A DNA stretch of 57,907 nucleotides, counting the filler, from Sphacelaria rigidula (taxonomy: Eukaryota), in assembly GCA_964200075.2 (NCBI GenBank). It is 9 parts of 9 records of this genome, joined end to end, with 100 filler letters (N's around TTAATTAATTAA, not from the genome) between each part and the next. Parts side by side here need not be neighbours in the genome. Positions count along the whole stretch, not along the records: positions 45,118 to 51,462 come from CAXNAA020020638.1; positions 51,563 to 57,907 come from CAXNAA020020639.1; 7 more parts are not named here. One strand, given 5' to 3'. Each line of letters starts with the position of its first letter. Positions within the stretch are counted from its first letter, which is position 1. A model generated the notes under the pieces. That model saw nothing but the letters and a program-made list of their open reading frames with translations, made no database searches and was not told the origin of the DNA. Shown piece after piece: positions 47,343 to 57,907 of the stretch. The translations under genes were made by a program, and so were the position numbers.

Positions 47343-49081
47343 TATTGTCTCCCATTACTTTTTGTAGCACACAACTCCGTTACACGGTGTGCCAGTATAG
47401 CGGCAGAGCTAGTGCAGGTGGTCGATGTAGTTTCGTGGTTCGTAGGGTTTCATTGACAATCCCCGAAACAACGAGGGGGGGGCAGGGTTGGTTGGAGATG
47501 GGTTGGGGGCGGTTCCAACTTGCGGATGGCATTCCGAGTATACCTTTCAAGGAGAGAAAAGAGATGGGGTAGGCTTCTGACATGACCTACTTGGTAGTAA
47601 GCCATGATATACGTGCTAAGTGCACAAAGGCGGGTGGCCTGAATACTCAGTGTTGACATGAGGTAGTTGCAGCGGTTATTGCAGTGTAGATACTCATCAG
47701 GATTGCATCAGCAGTTTTCCATGTCTGGGTAATCCGACAGCATAAACATGTACCAAACGGTATATCTGACTTGGAATTAGGGAACGGGAGGGGGTCCGTT
47801 TGCAGTGTTTGACCTCGAAAACCGAGAGCTGGGTTATTCTACTGTATTGTGGTGGTGGTGGTGTTGGTGTTAGTGGTGTTAGCGGTGTTGGTGGTGTGAC
47901 CGTGTGTTGTATATGGCTGGCTGCGTGTGCAAAAGTATGATGTTTGCTAAATATCGAATAATTGCCCATTGTAGCGCTGTCTGTAGGTGGGGACTCATGA
48001 GACGACCAGAAGGCGCCTCGGGGAATGCGAAAAATGCGACAGTGAAAGGGTCGGCAAAAGCGAGCAAGGGAGCAAGTACTGTGAAATTTTCTTTGAAGTG
48101 CTGCGGGGGGGGGGGGGCAGAGGGTCGGAGAGAACGGGAATAATTTTCCTCCTTGGTGAGAAAACGGTATTTGGTAAATGACCCTACGCTGCGGTACGGG
48201 GTAAGCCTGACCCCTACAAGGGTTTACGAGGAGAAGAAGGACGATGAATTTACCCGTGTAAGAAAGATGTTACTTGGGGGGTGATTTTTGCAGCGCTGGA
48301 TACAGATCGAGATATATGTGAAGTTGAGAATGTTTGTGTACATGTATGTGTGCTATGACGAGGCACTCGGCGAGATGGGTGTGGTTGAAGACGAAGTGAT
48401 GGGGACGATTAGGTGTGTAGCGAAGAGCTAGTTGTAACTGATGTGGGTATGAGTACATGTGATGCTACTTGTTTGTATTGATGACGCGACGGATGCAAGC
48501 AATGACTTCAGATAGTGAAACGACCATGTTTGTTTCTGTGTGTACATTTGTGTGTAGTTTTTTCCTCCAAAGAGGGGTGGTGGAGCATGGAAAGGGTTGA
48601 CGTATGCACTTGTCATCCTGTACACGGGTTACCGAAACGAACGGACGGGAGGGGGCAGTAGGGTAAGGCTTATTGGGCGGAGTGGTGAGAATGGGGAGTG
48701 TGAAGCAGAGAAAAACATGAAACAGGGGAGTCGTTTATGTGCGATTTGTAGTAGGATTGGTAATCAGTTTGCAGGATGAAAAGAAGACCGTCACAGTATC
48801 ATATACTCGGTTCAAACATGGAAGACGACCGCGAGGCGCCGTACATGGTGGAGATGTTCATGGTGACCATTCACCATGCGTGTTTTACTCCGAGAAAACG
48901 GTCTTCTACTGTTGCTACTAGATAGAGGTGCAGTTTCTACGGCCAGTAGTCGTACCTGTGATTCGTGTGTAGTTGATTATCACGAGCAGATAATATTTTG
49001 GTGATAAATATGCATACCCTTTCCGGACTATAGCAAGCCGAAGAGATCATACTGTGGAATGATGGGGTACATGAACGAGCA

Positions 49082-49326
49082 ATGCCACGGTAAGGGTGCG
49101 CTTTTTGCGTGACCTCCTGTCTGGTTCAGGAGCTCCTAATGATTCTAGACGCACAAGTGCATGAGTCAGGGCATCCCCGTTTCCATACTCAGTCGAGATG
49201 CCCCTGGTCTATTAGAATACTAATCCTGGCGCACTCTCACATATTTCATATGTAGTGTTTTGGATGAGATAAAGAGCTCCTGACAGTTCTAATCACAAAA
49301 AGTATTTGTGCACCCCTACCGTAGCA
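49082..49326. mobile_element. Second copy of the TACGGTAGGGGTGCAC-IR MITE
   Basis: Inverted homology to 1573-1826 (TAATCCTGGCG.ACT, ATGAGATAAAG.GCTCCT, TATTTGTGCACCCCTACCGTAGCA). Confidence 0.7.
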
Positions 49327-49779
49327 CCACTCGAACGTGTATTTCTGGGCAGGCAGGGAGGCAACCAGACACAAACACGCAGAGAAGGAAACAAAGGAAG
49401 ATTTATTATCGGGAGTGTATGCGTTTTGCGATTGTTCGTGAATGATGTGTTCGAAAATGGCTTGGAGCGGCGACATGCACGTCACATTTATTTCGCCGTG
49501 GCTGTGGGGTTTGGTTTGTGTCTATATCTACTCTGCTGTCCTGAAATCTTTGGGTTTCATCACTTCCGTAGTCTTCTTTTCTCTGCTGTCCCTTTTCCCC
49601 ACCCTTCTCTCCATATATATATATATACATATTAATATAAAATTTCCCCCGTTCCTGTTTGTGTATGCCAGAGCAGTGTGGTACCTTGTTCCGTTGTGTT
49701 TCTTCATGGAAGAGACGGCCCATACCCTAAAAGGAGCGGTAGTAGTAGATGAGCTGCCATATTTTCCTTCTATTATATT

Positions 49780-49930
49780 CTGTTCTGCTCTACCTTTTCT
49801 GTTTTTTGTTCTTCTCATCGTTCTTCAGCGAGTGTTTCAGTTTGTTTTGTCTTGGGTATGTCTATCATATGACCACGGCTGGATCCCTGGGGAGTCAGTC
49901 AAAGTGCGCCACTCAGCCAATTAATCAAAG
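49780..49930 (+). mobile_element. Retroelement family C 3' end
   Basis: TTCTTCAGCGAGTGTT...GACCACGGCTGGATCCCTGGGGAGTCAGTCAAAGTGCG...AATTAATCAA. Confidence 0.65.
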
Positions 49931-51616
49931 TGAGCAAAGAGCGTGGATCGCGGCGGTTATAAAAGTGTGTTGGTTTGGGAGTAGTATGCGTGCAGGCGTA
50001 CGAGGGAAGAAGGGTAACAAACACTACTACTACGTCGGTATACATGTGAATGACATGGCCGTGAAATGTGTACATTGATTGACAACTATCAACCCCGTGA
50101 GGGAACGGCATCACCAGGCAATTCATGGGTCAACCATGTGAGGGCATAGTATGGTATGGTGACGCCGCTCGGGACTTGTTTCGATAAACGTCGTTAATTC
50201 GAAGTATATGTCTTAAATATGGGATGGTCAGCTCTCGCGAGGACCCGTCTGAACGGGGCCCGAACAATCATCTGAAGAGAAGCATGGGTGATTCGCGCCC
50301 TATCTATGATTGACAGATGCTACACAGCTTCCAATCACAGGGTAGCTGCTACCGGGGGCGAACTTCACATTGCTTGTGCTTTTGGTCACACAAGATCTCT
50401 GAAAAACACTCATCATTACTTGTGCGATATGGCACACGTTGTCTTCGGGTTGGTAGGGTCCTTGAGCATACTCCGCTACATGCGTTTCTTTCCCACGTCA
50501 GTTTGTGTGTCGAAGGAAATCTCTTCGTGGTATTATAGAATAGTTGTCGGGATAGCGTTCACGTCAAGGCAGAATGTGCAAGCCAATCCTCGTTTGGCTT
50601 CATTGCATCGTAGTTCACTTACGCTAGCATAGCCTCTTTTTATTGAATGATGCCTTAATATACAATAGTAGCTCAGCGGGTGAGAACCCATCGGTGAGCA
50701 TGCTCCACAGTGGTGATAGACATACCTCTTCTTCGGGCATGTTTCAAGTTCAACCCGTACATAGATGCCAAAACAATGAACCCAGCATTTATTTGTCACC
50801 AGGGACATGAACGAATGTACAAAACACTGAAATGGTTGAATTTGAGGAGGGGTTGTATATATATGGCAGGGGAAGGGAAAATAGCTGCCCCCGAGGGGGG
50901 TGGTATCTTCGGTAGAGTGAGGTGATATATCCCATCTTGGTTGGTCTATCATTCTGAATAACTTATCAGTGGTTCTACGGTAGGGGTGAAAAAAGTTCCT
51001 CTGGGGTTCTTCACTTTCTGAGCCTCTCGATGACAAACATCTGGGCCCTTGTGTGCAGCCTCTGAAACCTTTTCGACAGTTAAGTGTACCCTCACCGTAG
51101 AAGCACTCTCATGTGCAATGCCAAGGCCACGTGTGTGAGAGCCGTACAACTGGAGTTCTTATCCAAAATGATACATATACATATGTATAGCTCTATGTGT
51201 ATATATCACGACTGCAAATTTCGTGGAGACTCCGATGTTGGAATAATTCGTGGTCGTGGCACTGTCCTTACGACAGGCCAACTACTGTTCAGTGAACAGT
51301 AGTATGCAGAGGTTGCACCGTGGTTGATTAGACCACTTGCTTCCGCAGCTTCAGAATAAAATCAGTGAGACGAGTGGTTGATTGGGCGCTTATTTGGCCA
51401 ACAAAAGCAGAACTCGCAGTTTCCTCTCAAAGCGGAGAACTCATGGTAGTGAAGGAGAGCGANNNNNNNNNNNNNNNNNNNNNNNNNNNNNNNNNNNNNN
51501 NNNNNNTTAATTAATTAANNNNNNNNNNNNNNNNNNNNNNNNNNNNNNNNNNNNNNNNNNNNCGAGCTTTGAAAGTCGGTCCAGGGGGTGTGCGATGACT
51601 CGCACAATTACGGTAC

Positions 51617-51920
51617 TCATTGCTCGTGGCGGAAAAAAGTCATCGGGCGAGTACTCGAGTCATTTCTCGTGATGGCAAAAAATAGTGTGGCGAGCACTTG
51701 AGTCATTGCTCATGGGGATGAAAATTAGTAGGGTGAGTACTCGAGTCATTGCTTGTGGTGGACAAAAATATTAGATCGAGCACTCGAGTCATTGCTCGTG
51801 GTGGAAAAAAAATCAATGGCTTTAGCACGCGAGCCATGCCCGCGATAAAAAAACATTATTAACTCGAGCACACGAGTCGTGCTCATGGTATTTGAAAAAA
51901 GCATTACCTGTGCACTCGTT
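51617..51920. repeat. Tandem array of ~7 x 43-bp units with a semi-palindromic core GAGYACTCGAGTCATTGCTC
   Basis: The core recurs at a ~43-bp period, separated by variable A-rich segments. Confidence 0.85.
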
Positions 51921-53089
51921 TCGACGAGTTATGACTCGTTCGACATGTGCAAACTGCGTTGAATTTAGGGTCTCCGATGTACCCTTTTTTTTTCTCGGGT
52001 ACTGAATCATCATGAGTTACAGGGGTGCACGTTTTTGTCAGTAAAGCGATTCCCGCTACCTGACGGCACAGGTACCATCAAAGTACCTGCCTGACTCGTT
52101 CTCAGCAGATGTACAGATCCTGCCCACTAGGAAGACGCCCTCATTTCAATCAAGACTCGTGACATTACTTTTGTGACTACGTCTAAAATACATCACTCGT
52201 ACGTTTCTCTTATTTCACATTCCTGAATGAACTATCAAATGCTTCTCTGGAGCCCGTGATCAACCTCCCTGAATTTCTCATGTCACTCAACATATCGTCC
52301 CCGCTTTACGCTCAAAAAGCCTGTGTTCTCGACCGAAGCCGGGTTTGTCAATGTATGGAAGCTACGCCTATCGATCTCGCTCCTGGGCAGCCGCCTACTT
52401 CGTATTTACTTGGACAACCGCGTCGCGTGTTAACTCTGCGCCTGCGTCAAGGGTCCTCTCACGACACACAATCTCCGTGCACTGGTAGATCTCAGGAATC
52501 GTACTTGATACACCGTATTTTTAACGCTTCAGCTCGGACGTAGAACCATCAATGATATGGGAATGTGGGAAACACTTGACGTGGGTGAAACACCAGCGGT
52601 AGAGTTATAACGCGAACCCGGCGACAGAACCCATTGGTGGAACGCAGTTGACTATAATATAGACCATCACAGTCGAGTCTCGATGGGGCTCACAGTAGGA
52701 TGAAGGCCTGGTATACGGTGCAGCCGAGGTGCACCGGCAGTGAAAGGGGGTGAGTAAGAGCGAACTTCATGTGGCAACAAATAATCAATCCATATCTTCT
52801 GCACACGATTGGCGCCCAGATCCCTTTTTTCTTCGGTCATCAAAGAACCGCAACATCGCGCACCACGGCGGAGAATGACAGAACTGCTACTACTGTGTCC
52901 GATCCTGACCAGACCTTTTTTTTCCCAGTCATCATCATAGTGTCGACAATTATTCCACGAATAGAATCGTGATTCGACTCTTATTCAATATTTGTACGAA
53001 TCAATCATAGGAATCGTACCTAAGTTGTGTTTCGCGCATGTTTTGGGTTCGTGACTTGTGCGGTACACCAACGACTGTACACGTTTCCT

Positions 53090-54062
53090 ACCTTCCATTC
53101 GTATGGTTCGGCCATCCTTATATGCTTTTCACCTTTCATTCTTGTGGTATGAATCATGGGTACATGTTTACTAATTTCCACTCGTGCAGCATGAATCATC
53201 TGCACACCTTCCCTATCTTCCATTCACATGCCATGAATCACAGGAACATGTTTCTCCCCCTTCATTCATGGGATGCTCCCACTAAAACCCCCCTGTCACC
53301 TTGGCGCAGTACACGCGCCGCCCTGCTCTCAAGAGTTTCGGGCCCCAGTACTGCAAGAGTCGTCCCCGCATGTTCGCATGAGCTTTTGGAAACACTCGGG
53401 CAGCGCCCACTGCAGCCAGCGGACAGTACAGCACAACAGCACAGCTTAGTACTGTACAATCCGTACACCGGGCAACAGACAACAGTAGCTCGAAACCTTC
53501 CATTAATACGGCATGAATCATATGTACATACTCTCCCCTTGATTGATTGACTGATTGCAACAATCCAGCCGGTGGTCAGGAGTAGCAATACGAAAAAAAA
53601 CAGAAAAAGAAAGACGCAACAGCCACAGAAAGGAAAGATGGAAGGAAGCAGGCACAACAACAACAGCAATAATAAACACACACATACACAACGAGATGAT
53701 TATCTCGCATCACGTAGCTGATTAAAACACTCCAGCTCGTGATCAGAAAAAAAAAAGAAGAAATTGATTCATGCAGCATGAATCATGTGATTCATGTACG
53801 CGTTTTCCACCTTGCATTCGCCCAGCGTGTTTCATGGGTACATGTTCCCACCTCCCATCCATACGCCATGAATCCCAGGTACATGTATCTCCCCCTTCAT
53901 TTATGCAGCATGAATCAAGCGTACATGTTTCCCGATATCCATTCATGCAGCATGAATGATGGGTACATGTTCTCTGCCTTCCATTCATACGAGGTGAGTC
54001 ATGCGTAAATGAGTCCCACCTTTGATTCACATGAGATGAATCAAGTGTACATGTTTCCCACC
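53090..54062. repeat. Interrupted minisatellite, ~43-bp unit (CATTCATGCAGCATGAATCA..GTACATGTTT)
   Basis: Units at ~53090-53270 and ~53765-54062, split by unrelated inserts. Confidence 0.8.
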
Positions 54063-55957
54063 AATGATTCTTAAAGGAGTTGTGATTCGCGCATATTTTT
54101 GCACTCTTGATTCATGTAACACTACTTGGACTGTACCGATTCCCGGTTCGTGATTCGTGCGGTATGACCTTGAACGTACAACTTCACCATTCGTGATTCA
54201 TAACGATTAATTCTTTGGTACGTGATTTGCATTCAACATTCATGGGGAGCCAATCCGTATTAACTCTGATTCGTCCGAACCGTGAATGATATTTCCTCAC
54301 ACAGCACTGTAGGCGAAAATTTCAAATCGCGGTAGCACGACGGCACAAAGGTGACACGCGGATATCGACAGTCAAGGCCTGAAAGTATCTTCAAAGGGGC
54401 TAGTGTTGTGATCCAACATGTGCGGTTCCCTCAATTTCGCGGTTGCGGCCCGCTCAAAAATCCCCCCTCAATCTGATCACAAATATATGGTACTTGATCT
54501 CATACTCAAATGCATCAATTGTAGTATAGGTACCACTGTAATGCATACTGCCGTCTGGTATGCTGACCGCAGGGTACAGGTCTCACCGAAATCAACGTAA
54601 GCTGCCTGACTCACAAGCTCGAGACCGAAGGCGTCGTGAACAACTGCGGTGATTCTCGGTAGTGTTTTGAAAGTTGAGCGGGCACGACCATCACTGTGTG
54701 TTATACATAATGCTCGTATCGAGTCCTAGCCCATGTTCTCGCTTTGTGGTACAGACCTAATCATCCCAAGAGAGCTTACAGGAAAAACAACACTTCTTTG
54801 TCTCAGGTCCCTTCTTTACACCAACAAACGATCGCTACTTTTTGAGTTTAGTTGTGCTGACGGCACGTTGCAGGCTCAGTCTAAACCCCCAAACATTGTT
54901 TTGCATGTGCCCTGAGCGAAGCTGCTCACATCGAACAACATTCTCGCCAGGTTGAGAACACACCTGTTGATTCAGTGAGCTTTTTGGCGGTTCATGGAAT
55001 CGGCATCGCTTTCACTCGGAAACTTACTGCGTGACCCGGATTACGGACCCTGGCGGTCAAAGGGTTAACATTCCCGAGAGTTAGTCGTTGGATGTATAAC
55101 CCGAAAGCGAACGAACACCGACACAAGGTTATTTGAAATTGCTATGGGCCAATACCCTACACTCGCATTCAACGTATTGATCGACATAGCATTTTTGGAA
55201 TGCACAGCATTTTATGCAACCTGTGTTCACAACCTTCTCGACGTACACTAGCGCCTTGATGAGGAAAATAAATTGATGGTTGTATTTGCTCATCCCCCTT
55301 CTTTTCATGGGTTCATTTAACAAAATCGACCCTTCCCCATTATTGCTTGTCAGTGTTTCATTCATTGATACAGACACACAGAACGTGTTCCTCCTGAAAG
55401 CTCACTCTCCATCAGAAGCTAGACTCTCAATCTAGCAAAAATGTGATTATTTGATGATGGATTTCCGGCAAATGCCTCGAGTGCTGAAGAACTGCTTGAT
55501 GCTGTTTATTTGCATACGCCTGCTTTTGGGAACGGCCAGGTCCCGTATTTTGTTCACGCCGAGAAGCTTTGACTCCGGGAGCTGAAACCTACCTGAAAAA
55601 GGTGTAGAGCGCCTCTTTTCTATTTTTTTTTCTCCCAGCAACCTAGAGAGAAGTCGCGCCGACCATTCCAGAGGTCTTCGGCGCGGGAACGCGTCGGTAT
55701 GAGTTGGGGCACATTACGTGTAGTCTGTAGCGAAAATCTTACCATCAACATTGCCATTCCACAACAGCGTGCACATGATGGGTTCTGAAGCTTGTTGAAA
55801 AAGCCTCCTCCCTCCCCCGGCCCCTGTAGCAAAGCAATAGAGAGGGACTTATACAGAGGCAGAATGTGAACTATACAAGGAGGAACGGGATGTGTTGGAG
55901 AGGGAGATGCGGAAAGTAAATTGAGTTGGCAGGAAATCGTTAGTTACATCAGATAGT

Positions 55958-56907
55958 TATGCCCGTGAATGGGGTCCGATTTTGGGCACTATATACCACA
56001 CCCTGGACAATAGATTACATTACCAAAAAATATACTTCGTACAGTATGGAATCTACTGTCTATTGCAATAGACAAGAGATCCCACACTTTACGCAGTATA
56101 ATTTTTGGCAATGTAATTTATTGTCCAGGGTGTGCTATTTACCGGGAAAATGAAGCGACCAACTCCACAGTCAGTGGAATGCAGAAGAAATGAAACCTCA
56201 ATGAGCCAATCAGTATCGATCACAAGTACACGCGTCATTTGAAATGACGACGGCGCTCATACAACATGTACTATTGCTACCGTGCCTTTCACAACACACC
56301 TGTGACTGACGTTGCTGTACACCTGTACACTGAGTTACGATGAAAGGAGGATAGAAGCTGCCGCTCGTGTTGTTGGTGTGCCCTTCTTGTTGCAGTATGT
56401 TGTTGTGCTTATCTTTCAACGCTACTTTCTTGGCAACGACGCAGAGGATTGGACTGCGGTTTGGTGCGTGCGCTTCCCATACACCAGAACTGGTGAATTT
56501 GACAAGAGGTTTCCGTACGCGTGCCGCGGAGGACGCAGCACTTCGCAAACCGCTGCACCAAACACAAAATGTACTATAAAACGCGTTTCCTGCAACGTTC
56601 TGGGGCTTTTCGGATCCGCTGTGGTGAATTGGGCACCTCCGTCGTCAAACTCACTACGTCTAGTGTGTGTGCGGGGGTCTGTGGAGTTCCAAATACCGGT
56701 TTGCTTCCTTTCTCGAGATAGTAGCGATGAATTTTTACAGCTGTCGCATACTAAACCTAGATAACTTGGGGTGGAGCGTGTGTTATGCTCGGCACAGGTT
56801 CGGCACAGGTCCGACTAGTCTATGACGTCTTCAAGATCCGTCCGCATTCATTTTATTTTTTGTGGGCAACGGACTTTTAGTTGGTAAGTCCTTCATTCAC
56901 GGGCATA
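55958..56907. mobile_element. Non-autonomous TIR element (950 bp)
   Basis: Perfect TIR TATGCCCGTGAATG...CATTCACGGGCATA; apparent 5-bp TSD ATAGT/ACAGT; interrupts LINE A. Confidence 0.8.
55997..56134. mobile_element. 138-bp palindromic (foldback) MITE with 8-bp TSD
   Basis: 69-bp arms pair end to end around TATTG|CAATA; flanked by CTATATAC/CTATTTAC. Confidence 0.85.
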
Positions 56908-57485
56908 ACAGTAGCGGGAAAACGATCGCTATACTTGGGGACAGATGGTGGTCTGACACGGCGAGTCAGGAAGGGGATGGCATATGTAAAAGGTTTCTGT
57001 AAAAAGTATGGAATGAACGTGATGAGCGCCTGAATGTCGGAGAGGTCTTTCGAGGAGTAAAAACAGTGCTCCAGTCGCAAGTTATGCGTGGTCAATGGTC
57101 AAACGACTAAGGCAAGCAGCAAGTGAGTACCCCCCCCTCTCCGGTTATTAAATAGTAGCGAGAAGATGATCACGTCATTGGGAGATGAATGGTGGCCACA
57201 GACGGCGAGACAGGAAGCGGGTGCGCGACAATCAACGAATCAAATCGAATCAGCATACAAAATACACACACATACAAAATACACACACGTCACTGTTCTG
57301 AGAAGCACGGAAGTGTGAGGCAGGATTTTTTTTCCTGCCTTGTCATTTGTCAAGGCACGGGTGCAGCGCATATCCCCCATTTAATGTACCTGAAGAAGTC
57401 CTAGCAAGGACCGTGTTTATGACAGTCCTCATCTCGATTGCGCGACTTTGCACGTAAATAGTACCTTTATGGGGGGGAAGGGGGG

Positions 57486-57581
57486 TGTACTCATGATGAT
57501 GCATGCCATAATCATAAGACCATTGACCTCGCATCCCTACAAAGTTGGGATGAAGCACGCCGGGTTTTCGCCGGACCAGGC
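57486..57581 (-). mobile_element. Family B short 3' fragment between G-runs
   Basis: Reverse complement of the family-B terminus; G-rich on both sides. Confidence 0.8.
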
Positions 57582-57800
57582 GCGGGGGGGCGGGGAGAGG
57601 GGGGGCGGGGAGGTAAAAACACGAACGTGTACATGGTACCTTTCCAGTCTGAAGCCCGTTCTTTATCCTTTTTTTTCATTCTTCACGTCATTGTGTTGCG
57701 TGTATTCAAATATTTATACTAATTATGTGTGCATGCACAATGCATATGTTGTACGACTGTTCCATGTTTCTTTGTTTTCCGCTTGCAGTTTTGTCAAACG

Positions 57801-57846
<46 letters not shown>

Positions 57847-57907
57847 CCCCCTCCCCCCCCTTCCCGTGCCCCTTTTTTTTCCCCTCTCCTTTCCTTCCTC
57901 TTTTTCT

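Larger units (their letters stand above)
55820..57130 (+). mobile_element. LINE family A 3' fragment split by a TIR element (55820-55957 + 56908-57130)
   Basis: The two halves are colinear with 13141-13500; C-rich flanks CCTCCCCCGG / CCCCTCTCCGG. Confidence 0.8.

Noticed and set aside
51617..51920. CRISPR array
   Set aside because: Eukaryotic context, no cas genes, degenerate repeats, and short mutually similar A-rich spacers.

Overview
Repeat-rich, intron-rich eukaryotic nuclear DNA. A stramenopile, probably a brown alga, is my inference from the exon/intron style and repeat content; it is not proven. The window is not one locus: it is nine unrelated contigs of 6345-6346 bp, apparently length-sorted, joined by 100-bp N44-TTAATTAATTAA-N44 linkers. 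Host genes appear only as scattered exons: two in-phase exons of a replication factor C small subunit (RFC5-like), three in-phase exons of a P1B heavy-metal ATPase (DKTGT, SEHP), and a few weak candidates. One contig is almost entirely a decayed chromodomain-bearing Ty3/Gypsy LTR retrotransposon. The rest is a tRNA-derived SINE, several MITE/TIR families (TA, 5-bp and 8-bp TSDs), palindromic elements, minisatellites and non-LTR retroelement 3' ends. The most unusual signal is a pair of related non-LTR families (A and B). They end in ...ATGAGTAC followed by C-runs instead of poly(A), share a 3' stem-loop, and sit in poly(C)/poly(G) tracts. One copy has an 18-bp TSD containing the G-run, which suggests a poly(C)-tailed, homopolymer-targeting retrotransposition system. 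Most ORFs in the supplied track are spurious.
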